Shown here: positions 53,788-64,000 of the stretch, piece after piece
How positions within the stretch are numbered: position 1 is the first letter of the stretch
How the letters are laid out: the number at the start of each line of letters is the position of its first letter
Source of the DNA: Octopus sinensis
Lineage: Eukaryota
Length of the DNA stretch: 64,000 bases
Direction of reading: 5' to 3'
Assembly: GCF_006345805.1 (NCBI RefSeq)
Contig: NC_043014.1
Location: 17,050,001 to 17,114,000, forward strand
The notes under the pieces: generated by a model
Told to the model about the DNA's origin: nothing
Database searches by the model: none
What the model saw: only the letters and a program-made list of their open reading frames with translations
Made by a program: the position numbers and the translations under genes

Positions 53788-54629
53788 CTAGCAGAATTGC
53801 CCGGCGTTGCTCGGGGCTGAATTGCTTGAAAGTACTGTTAATGAATGCACTGAATTATGATGATTATTCAGGCAAATATTGATATAAGTTTACGATGGGA
53901 GATAAGGACTTAACGATCAAACGTGTGCCATTGCATTGTTTTGGGGGAACCAAATTTCTGATGAGCATTATAGGGGCACCAACTTTAAGTTTGAGAATGT
54001 GTGGTGGTAGTCCGGGGTGCTCAAAGGAATTGAGTATCTCTATTGGATAGTTGATGACGTCCTCTGGGTCAGGAGTTGTATCGATAGACTGATATACATA
54101 GACTTCCCCAGGAATGAGTTTTAGCATTTCATCATTAATATGGTGAACAGTTTATTCCTCGGGGCCAGTTAGCCTTTTTGCCAATCCAATCCATATTCTG
54201 ATAATTAGCTTGTAGATCTGGGAACACTGCATCTCTGAGATCAGAAGGCGTCTTAACAATGGTACAAATGGAATCGATGGCAATATTACCATTTTCATCC
54301 CCTGGTATTTTGCCTTCGCCAAGTGCAAGGAGGGTGTGAGGAAATGCTACTGATGTGATATTACGTCGCATATGAGCACGCATATTGGTGTGAAGTTTGA
54401 GAGTTACTTCCCTTTATTTAAAAAAATATGCATTCAAATGGAAAAAAATGATGGTAAATTATTTGTAAAATCGTAGACTCATTGTAGATGCACGCTAATA
54501 CCCAGAAGGGCTCGATATGAATCACGACTATAAGATACCCGGTTTTGGTTAAACTGCATCGCAAAATGTGGGAGTAGTTAGGAATCTAAATCGGAGTAGA
54601 CAGACACAACCTTTCTTTTCTATATAAAT
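53788..54629 (-). mobile_element. Internally deleted Helitron retaining a PIF1 helicase fragment
   Basis: GLPPHILKLKVGAPIMLIRNLVPPKQCNGTRL (53864-54383); CCCGAGCAACGCCGGG hairpin + CTAG; 5' end like 11550. Confidence 0.88.
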
Positions 54630-55318
54630 ATTTTCATCCTAAAAAACTTTGTATGGATTGAATGGTTACCTCTATCGAAATATATACACGCACATTATAC
54701 ATACATGTGTGTATAGATGAATATATAAATGCATTTAAATATCTATATACACTTTTGGGCGATCTTTCTGTTTCTTAGAGATAACTTTAGATCTTATTTT
54801 CGTCCTAAAATACTTTGTATGGAGTGAATGGTTACCTCTATGGAAATATATACACACACGTTATACATACATGTGTGCATAGATGAATATATAAATACAT
54901 TTATATATCTATATACACTTTTGGGCGATCTTTCTGCTACTTAGAGATAACTTTAGATCTTATTTTCGTCCTAAAGAACTTTGTGCGGAGTGAATGGTTA
55001 CGTCTATGGAAATATATACACACACATTATACATGCATCTGTGTATAGATAAATATATAAATACATTTAAATATCTATATACACTTTTGGGCGATCTTTC
55101 TGCTACTTGGATATACTTTAGATCTTATATTCGTCCTAAATAACTTTGTATGGAGTGAATGGTTACCTCTATGGAAATATATACACACACATTATACATA
55201 CATCTGTGTATAGATGTATATATAAATACATTTAAATATCTATATACACTTTTGGGCGATCTTTCTGCTACTTGGATATACTTTAGATCTTATATTCGTC
55301 CTAAAAACTTTGTATGAA
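54630..55318. repeat. 166-bp tandem repeat, about 4.2 copies
   Basis: AATGGTTAC recurs at 54661, 54827, 54993 and 55158. Confidence 0.92.
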
Positions 55319-55719
55319 TTGAAAAAGAAAATGAATTGAAATTTTTAAGAAAGGAATTTGTTTACATACATGTGTGAAATGACAAATGTTTGTGCAGTTG
55401 TCCGAAATGGAACCAGGGTAAATGTGTGGAACTGATGTATTATAATGAATAGTCCTTCTTGTTGTGAATATTAATTTGATTAATATGAACTGAAAATCAG
55501 TGGTGTAGCATATAAGACCATAGGTGATCTTCTAGCAAAAAGGATGACCAGTCTGACTGGCTCATCCCTGTCACACACTCACACACACACACACACACCC
55601 ACACACACACTCACACACACACACGTTAGCTTACAATTTTATTTATATATTTGCGTGTCTATGTGTGTAAAGAGGAAGTGGGAGTAATATGCAGAGTAAA
55701 GGCTTTGAAGTGAAAGAGT

Positions 55720-56326
55720 GAAAAGGTAAAATATTTAGTTTTTTCGAATTTTTTCTGAAATGGGGGTGAAATTGAAAGAAATTTTGTATGCCGTGACCGA
55801 ATGGAAGTACTTTGAAAAATCATAGGTAAACTCTAATTGAAGAAATTGTGTGAGGAGTAAATCGCTATGTATTTATTTGTTTCTGTTTGTTGTGTTTTTT
55901 TTTGAGTAGTGGTTTAAGGTACACTTGCAAAGAGAAAGAAGGAGAAATTATGGTGATAGCATGAGTGAAGCAGTTCATCCGTTTTATATAAATACTTTCA
56001 CTTTAATCGTTGCACACTTGCAAAGAGAAAGGAGGAGAAATTAGGGTGATAGCATGAGTGAAGCAGTTCGCTCCATTTTTGTGTGTGTGTGTGTGTGTGT
56101 GTGCTGTAGCCCACACTAAGAAAAGCACTTCACTTACACACCACAATGTGAGTTTTCTCGAAATTTTGCTTAATTGGAGTTGAAATTTTAAAAACTGTAC
56201 CTGGCACGACCCGATGCATTCTACTCTTAAAAATGCTAGGTAAATTGTAATTGAAGAAATCCTATATTGTAGATTTCTTTAAGAGACAAAGGGAGGCAGA
56301 TAGAATCTGCCTTTTATAATAAGAGA
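55720..56326 (-). mobile_element. Helitron-type 5' module (TCTCTTATTATAAAAGGCAG family)
   Basis: Reverse complement of 12283-12815. Confidence 0.8.
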
Positions 56327-56511
56327 TATAAAGAAAAAGAAAAAAATTAACCTGTTTATGAAAGAGTGGAAAAATGGATGTAAAATAAAGGAACCAAGCT
56401 CTCTAAAGGTGAGATTAATTTCCAGGGGAAATTATTAGTTGTTGATGCCTTTATTCCTTAGGTAAATTTCGTTGTAATTTTTTTTTTATTTTGTTCATCT
56501 TACCATTTCAG

Positions 56512-57113
56512 ATTCTTTCATGCCATCACCAAACGCCTACCCTGTTGTCCAACAGATCAACGGGAATCAATCGATGCCAAGCGTTAACCTGCAGATGCCT
56601 TCCACCCAGCCACCACCCAGTCATATCTATTCTTCTTCGCCTCAGCCAGACTTTGGCTACTACACCCCGAAGACACCCTTTGCCATTTTCAACTACCCTG
56701 CCGCCACTTCCAGCAAGATGTCTGACGTACACAGCAGCAATAGTAACATTAGTAGTAGTAGTAGTAGCAGCAGCAGTAATAGTAGTAGTAGTCCTACCAC
56801 TACTACTACCACCACCACCGCTACTACTACTTCTGCCAGTAACACTATGTATTATACTCCAGTGCAGGTGGCCACGGATGGCATGCCAAGTTCAGAGTTC
56901 AGTCCTTCGTATATTTACCCAGGTAATGGCTGCCAATTGGCACAACCACCTCAAAATCTTGGATTTGGTAATTACAACCGACCTTCGTTATTCTGGAACA
57001 CTTTTAATTATCCTGTTAATTCCTGGCTGCTGAAGTTCTGTGACAACTCCGTGCCTTCCAATGCGGACAATTTCTTGAAATCCTGCAAGTTTGCAGCTGA
57101 CACGACGAAATAA
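56512..57113 (+). CDS. dmrt: Probable terminal coding exon of the Dmrt gene (P/S/T/Y/Q-rich region)
   Basis: Strong polypyrimidine acceptor CATTTCAG at 56511; 200 open codons of non-TE sequence; phase 1 matches the donor at 46376 (G+AT=Asp). Confidence 0.72.
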
Positions 57114-57689
57114 GAAACATGTTTTAGAGATATGTGTGTGTGTGTGACGAACTACTGTTTAATTTCTTTCATTTGTTTATTATATCATTCATTACTCTAC
57201 AGAATGTGTGTGGGGGGTGTGCTCTCCTACTTTCTTTGGTATCCCCCACCCTCCCCCAACTAACATCATTGCTCAAATCCCTCCCACCCCCTTATCTTCC
57301 CTCCTCCCTAAATCTACCCTTTGACCTTCCCTGATCTTTACCCTGGTGTCGGGTAAAAGTTTTGGGAATCTGAAGAATTCTAACATTTGAACATGAAAAG
57401 AAGAATTACTTCAAAAGAAAACATTTTTTTATCATTGATTATCAAGTATTTCAACTTCAAAAATACGAAAATATTTTTTTAAAATTTTTTCGCCTTACAA
57501 ATTCTCTCCTCCACAGATAAACTTGTGAATGGTTTCCTCAACTCCATCCAAACTAGCTGTGAATAGGAACCATAATTTTGGGATAACAGTAAGCAGCGGT
57601 AGCTGTGTGTAACTGAAGAATTAATTCGTTAACCAAGTTTGGAGTTTAACTTGTCCTGTAGGAACAGATTGTATCTCTCTCTCTCTCTA

Positions 57690-58017
57690 GGCATGACTGT
57701 GTGATAAGAATCTTGCTTCCCAACCACATGGTTCCGGGTTCAGTCCCATTGCATGGCACCTTGGGCAAGTGTCTTCTATGGTAAGCCTCAGGCCAGAAAA
57801 GTCTCGGGTGGATTTGGTAGATGGAAACTGAAAGAAGCCTGTCATGTGTTTATGTGTGTCCACCACCACTTGACAACCGGTGTTGGTGTGTTTACGTTCC
57901 TGTAAACTGATAGAACAAGTATCAGGCTTTAAAAAGTACTGGGGTCAATGAGACTGACTAAAATTCCTCAAGACGGTGCCCCAGCATGGCCACAGTTTAA
58001 TGGCTGAAACAAGTAAC
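57690..58017 (+). mobile_element. Family A SINE
   Basis: Similarity to the copy at 52184. Confidence 0.8.
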
Positions 58018-58611
58018 AGTATATATTCTTCTCTGACACTGTTAGTTACTATTACGAGGGTTCCAGCCTGCTTATGGAATTAATATGCAAGTGGCTGAGT
58101 ACTCCACAGACATGTATCCCTAAAGCAGCTCTCAGGAAGAGTTAGTGTAACATACATGTACATCTCACACTTTTCACTTATGGCCCCTCTTGATTCTCTG
58201 GACCTAATCCTGATGTATGTTTTCTACACTGAACATATCAATGAGGGTTCCAGTTGATCCGATCAACGGAACAGCCTGCTTGTGAAATTAACATACAAGT
58301 GGCTGAGCACTCCACAGACACATGTACCCTTAACATAGTACTCGGGGAGATTCAGCATGACACAGAGTGTGACAAGGCTGACCCCTTTGAAATACAGGTA
58401 GAACAGAAACAGGAAGAAAGAGTGAGAGAAAGTTGTGCTGAAAGAGTACAGCAGGGTTTGCTCACGTCACCCTCTGCTGGAGCCTCATGGAGCTTTAGGT
58501 GTTTTCAAACACAACGCCCAGTTAGGGTGTTGCACACATGATATTCCAAGATTGCTGTTTCAATTCCAAGTCAAGCAGTGCCACATTGCGTTCATTAAAC
58601 AAAATATATAT

Positions 58612-58643
<32 letters not shown>

Positions 58644-58645
<2 letters not shown>

Positions 58646-61600
58646 CATCATCATCATCGTTTAACGTCCGTTTTCCGCGCTAGCACGGGTTGGACGGTTC
58701 GACCGGGGTCTGGGAAGCCAGGGGCTGCTCCAGGTTCCAGTCCGATCTGGCAGACTTTCTACGACTGGATGCCCTTCCTAACGCCAAACAAACTGCGAGT
58801 GTAGTGGGTGCTTTTTACGTGCCACCTGCACAGGTGCCAGGGGGGGGGTCCGGCATCGGTCACGATTGGTTGGAGCTTTTAACGTGCCAGCGGCATGGAA
58901 GCCAGCCAAGGCGGTGCTGGCAACGTTCGGATGGTCTTTTTTTTATGTGCCACCGGCACAGGGGCCAGTCGGGGTGGCGCTGGCATCGGCCACGTTCGGA
59001 TAGTGCTTTTTATGTGCCACCGGCACAGGCATCATAACTACTATTTCCATTGATATTTATATCGACGTTCATGTTCATGTTCATGTATTTGACTCAACAG
59101 GTCTCCTCAAGCACAGTGGGACGTTCTGGGAGCCGGGGTACTTTGAATAGGCACGGGCTATGCGGAACTGATGCAGGAAGCAGCCCGGGTCTTTGCAGTC
59201 ACAGCATATCTCCAGAGATCTCGGTCCTTCGCCATTGCCTCAGTGAGGCCCAACGCTCTGAGGTCATGCTTGACTACCTCAAGCCAGCCAAGGCGGCGCT
59301 GGCAACGTTCGGATGGACTTTTTTATGTGCCAGTCCGGGCGGGGCTGGCATTGGCCACGTTCGGATGGTGCTTTTTATGTGCCACCGGCACAGAAGCCAG
59401 TCGGGGCGGCGCTGGCATCGGCCACGTTTGGATAGTGCTTTTTATGTGCCACCGGCACAGGCAGTACTTTTTATGTGCCACCGGCACAGCCATCATAACT
59501 ACTATTTCCATTGATATTTATATCGACGTTCATGTTCATGTTCATGTACTTGACTCAACAGGTCTCCTCAAGCACAGCGGGACGTTCTGGGAGCCGGGGT
59601 ACTTTGAATGGGCAGGGGCTATGCGTTACTGATGCAGGAAGCAGCCCAGGTCTTTGCAGTCACAGCATATCTCCAGAGATCTCGGTCCTTCACCATTGCC
59701 TCAGTGAGGCCCAACGCTCTGAGGTCATGCTTGACTACCTCAAGCCAGCCAAGGCGGCGCTGGCAACGTTCGGATGGTCTTTTTTTATGTGCCACCGCAC
59801 AGGGGCCAGTCGGGGCGGCGCTGGCATCGGCCACGTTCGGATGGTGTTTTTTATGTGCCACCTGCACAGAATCAGTCGGGGCGGCGCTGGCATCGGCCAC
59901 GTTTGGATAGTGCTTTTTATGTTCCACCGGCACAAGCATCATAACTACTATTTCCATTGATATTTATTTCGACGTTTATGTTCATGTTCATGTACTTGAC
60001 TCAACAGGTCTCCTCAAGCACGGCCACGTTCGGATAGTGCTTTTTATGTGCCACCGGCACAGGCATCATAACTACTATTTCCATTGATATTTATATCGAC
60101 GTTCATGTTCATGTACTTGACTCAACAGGTCTCCTCAAGCACAGCGGGGTACTTTGAATGGACAGGGGCTATGCGGAACTTATACAGGAAGCAGCCCGGG
60201 TCTTTGCAGTCACAGCATATCTCCAGAGATCTCGGTCCTTCGCCATTGCCTCAGTGAGGCCCAACCCTCTGAGGTCATGCTTGACTACCTCATCCCATGT
60301 CTTCCTGGGTCTACCTCTCCCCCTGATACCTTCAACTGTTTGGGAGTGGCACTTCTTCACACATTTCTCTTCATCCATCTGCAGCACATGACCATACCAT
60401 CGCAAGCGTTGCTCTTGCACACCACATCTGATGCTTCTTATATCCAGCATTTCTCTCAGGGTGCTTACACTCTGTCGTGCGTGCACACTGACATTACACA
60501 TCCAGCGGATCATGCTAGCTTCATTTCTTTCAAGTCTACGCATGTCCTCTGCAGTCACAGCCGATGTTTCACTACCGTGAAGCATGGCAGTTCGCACACA
60601 TGCATCATACAATCTACCTTTCGCTCTGAGGGAGAGACCCTTTGTTGCCAGTAGGGGTAGGAGCTTTCTGAACTTTGCCCAGGCTATTCATATTCTAGTG
60701 GTGATACTCTCTCTGCATCCACCTCCACTACTAAGTTGGTCACCCAGGTAACGGAAACTATCAACTACTTCTAGTTTCTCTCCCTGGAGTGTGATGGAAT
60801 CTGTTTTCTGAGTGTCTGTGGTGTCTATTGTCCCTGTGCATCTGCCGCACATGAAAGCTATCTTATCTGTTAATTTCCCTTTAATGTTGCTGCACCTCTT
60901 GTGCATCCATAGCTTACATTGGGTGCATCTTATGGAGTTTCTACCTACACTTTTCCTACAGATCGAGCAGGGCCACCTGCCCGAGGGTGTGTGTGCTGAG
61001 TTCGCCTTTCTGCTTACTATAACTTTGGTCTTTGCTACATTTACTCTAAGGCCCTTTGATTCTAACCCTTGCTTCCACACCCGAAATTTCTTTTCTAGTT
61101 CCGGTAGTGATTCTGCTATGAGAGCCAGGTCATCAGCATAGAGGAGCTCCCAGGGGTATCCTGTTTTGAATTCCTCTGTTATTGCCTGGAGGACTATGAT
61201 GAATAAAAGGGGACTGAGGGCTGAGCCTTGGTGCACACCTACTTCTACCCGGAATTCTTCACTATATTCGTTGCCAATCCTAACCTTGCTGACAGCCTCT
61301 CTGTATAGAGCCTGTACAGCCCTTATTAGCGATTCGTCAATCTCCAGTTTCCGCATCGACCACCAGATAAGGGAACGGGGAACCCTGTCAAAGGCGTTCT
61401 CCAAGTCCATGTAGAGCTATGTAGAGGGGTTTATCTTTAGCTAGGTACTTCTGCAGTTGTCGGACCAGGAATATAGCATCAGTGGTGCTTCTACCCGGCA
61501 CAAAACCAAACTGCATTTCATCTAAGCAAATTCTCTCCCTAATGAGATGGGTTATGACCCTCTCTGTGACCTTCATCACCTGATCCAACAGTTTGATACC

Positions 61601-62218
61601 CCTGTAGTTATTTCTATCTAGAGCATCACCCTTACCCTTGTAGCAGTTGACTATGGTGCTGCTATGCCAGTCATTGAGTATGACTCCATTATGAACTACC
61701 TGGTTTACAATGCGGGTGACTAGGCCATAGCCCACATAGCCAGCTGTTTTAAGCATCTCAGCAGTGATTCCTGATGGGCCGGGGGCTTTACCTGGTTTCA
61801 TATCCTTAATTGCCTTATCTACAAGGGAGCTGTCTATTCGGGTAGCTGGTCCCTCTACTGGGTCAACATTTGGCAGGTTCTCCTCCTCCCATTCATTCTC
61901 CTCATTCAGCAATCTTTCATAATGGCTTTTCCAAGCCTCTTTCTTCTCACTAACAGTAAAAGCAAGTGCCCCATCATCCATGCGGACACATTTCTCTCCT
62001 GTAACATCACTATTTTCTCTGACACACTGTCTGGCAATCCGAAATACCTCAGTTCTTTGGTCCTCACGTCGCTGGACATTGGCAAACTTCTTCTTTTCTG
62101 CTACATCTTTGGCTATGTATACCTGCCACCCAGCCTCCCTTTTGGCTACCTGGTACAGTTCCCTGCTGCCCCCATCCCTCCAGGCTTTCCAGGCCCATCT
62201 CTTTGCACTAATGGCTTC
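58644..62218 (-). mobile_element. 5'-truncated RTE-type LINE with reiterated 3' region
   Basis: KGKGDALDRNNYRGIKL, QFGFVPGRSTTD, GVHQGSALSP, LLYADDL, FRYLG, MLHGSETS, GRGRPRKTW; (GAT)n tail at 58644-58658; few frameshifts. Confidence 0.93.
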
Positions 62219-62222
62219 ATAT

Positions 62223-62287
<65 letters not shown>

Positions 62288-62450
62288 ACACATATATTTG
62301 CATCTCAACAACATGGTTCCTGGTTCAGACTCACTATGTGGCACTTTGCGCAAACGCCTTCTACAATAGCCCCCCCTCCCCCCAGTTGATCAATGCTTTG
62401 CGAGTAGATTTAGTTGGTGGAAACTGAAAGTGTGTGTGTGTACAATCTTA

Positions 62451-63103
62451 CAGGGTGCGGTGAATAAGTTGTCTAAATTATGTGAAAATGAAAATAGTAC
62501 TGATATCTCATTTTAACAGATATATTCACCAAAATTGCATAAAGATTATTTTGAAATATTAAAGAATAAACTTGTTCAATAAAATCGCCATTGGTTTCAA
62601 CCACGGCCTCCGGACGACTCCAGAATCTCCTGCAACTCTTCTGGACAGTCTCCTTGTTTAAGCTGGCGAATGCTGCCATAATCCTTGCCTTTAGTTCATC
62701 TTTGCTGTTACAAGGTATTTTGTTGGTCTCTCGCTCAACAGCGCCCCACACATAATAATCAAGGGGTTGCAGTCTGGGGAGTTAGGTGGCCAGATGTTAG
62801 ACGTGACGTGGTCACTCCAAACACCACGATGTTAACTGGATGTTTGATTTTTTACTCACTCTCGGTACTTGTCCTGAGACTGACATCCAAACATTCTAAA
62901 ATGTATTGGGGCTTCCAGCGTGAATGCCAAGAAGTATAGCATGTCGTTTTGAAATTTCCCGCAGAATAAATTGCGTCACGGTGCTATTTTTACCACAGAC
63001 GGTGCTCAACCGACCCTACTAAACTGTGTAGTTATCAAAATCAAACAATGAGCATGCGCAAAATTAAAAATATAAGAAAAGATATTTTACCCATCACACC
63101 CTG
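62451..63103 (-). mobile_element. Internally deleted Tc1/mariner element
   Basis: CAGGGTG...CACCCTG termini; PNSPDCNPLDYYVWG transposase C-terminus. Confidence 0.8.
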
Positions 63104-63148
63104 TGTATGTGCCCATGCAGACAGACAGACAGACACACACACATACAC

Positions 63149-63410
63149 AAAGATACAAGCTATTAATAGTTTCTTGCCTTGGAGACACGAGTCTTGGTAA
63201 GTCTTTATTATACACCTTGTGCCTGCATGCAGCTTTTAGGCACTGCTAAGAGATACAAGGCGTGTTATAAAGACTTGCTCAGACCTGTGTCTCCAGAGCA
63301 AGAAACTATTACTAGCTCGTACCTTTATACTGTGTGCGTTAAATAATATTTATGTCTCTGGATGGAATATTTTATTTTGTTGCTGTTTACCATAGTGGAA
63401 CAGTTAAATA
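63149..63410. repeat. Old imperfect palindrome + tail, probably Penelope-like
   Basis: Arms at about 63149-63228 and 63250-63326, flanked by microsatellites. Confidence 0.5.
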
Positions 63411-63417
63411 CATATAC

Positions 63418-63460
<43 letters not shown>

Positions 63461-64000
63461 TATAACGTATATGATTTAACTTATAAAACAAAGTTCAACA
63501 AATTCAGTCGTATTTTTCGGAAATGGAGTAGATTAGATGTTAATATGCATTGAAATTGTAATAATAATAATAATTATCTATATATATATATATATATATA
63601 TGTTCCTAATAAGCACCAACAACACCATGAATTTACTTCAGAGGGTAATCGATTCACCTGTGGAAAATGCTTTTTTTTATCAATTCTTCTAGGGGAGATA
63701 ATTCTCTAATATTTTTTTTAAACGTTCAAACTACAAAAGGGGGGGGGAAATACCCGAGCTTTTGAAATGATCAATAAAAAGTATTACGTTTAGTTCTAAA
63801 ACCCATTGTTTTTAATTGTTTCCCTATATTAAACAGTTGAACAAACAGAGAAATACAAGTGTACAGTTTCATAAGAAAATATACACAAAATAGGAATAAA
63901 ACAGTTATAATACATCTATGTAGAAATTATGTATGCTCTTATTCGAAATGAATGCTAAAGGAAAGTTCATTGAACATTATGGGATCTTTTCGGTTTGAAC

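Noticed and set aside
53864-54383. Cellular PIF1 helicase gene
   Set aside because: Short broken fragment bounded by Helitron termini
58690-60654. GC-rich plus-strand ORFs
   Set aside because: Antisense frames of the RTE 3' region and its repeats

Overview
AT-rich, repeat-dense animal genomic DNA, most likely a coleoid cephalopod (Octopus-like). This is inferred from the tandem single-exon C2H2 zinc-finger genes, the tRNA-derived SINE families and the abundant TA/CA microsatellites. Left part: a full-length, CpG-rich, recently inactivated Helitron (1774-7918), followed by a nest of non-autonomous Helitrons. Middle: a small C2H2-ZNF cluster with one intact 20-finger gene and two pseudogenes, ending at a 100-N scaffold gap (36459-36558). 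Right part: a divergent DM-domain (Dmrt) transcription factor gene, reconstructed from two phase-compatible coding exons (46090-46375 and 56512-57113, about 295 aa) around a TE-filled 10-kb intron. Scattered throughout are RTE-type LINE relics, Tc1/mariner, piggyBac-like and Merlin-like MITEs, SINEs, a U6 snRNA fragment, and several long palindromes (probably Penelope-like element ends) with hammerhead-ribozyme-like folds. Coordinates were counted by eye, so repeat boundaries are approximate.
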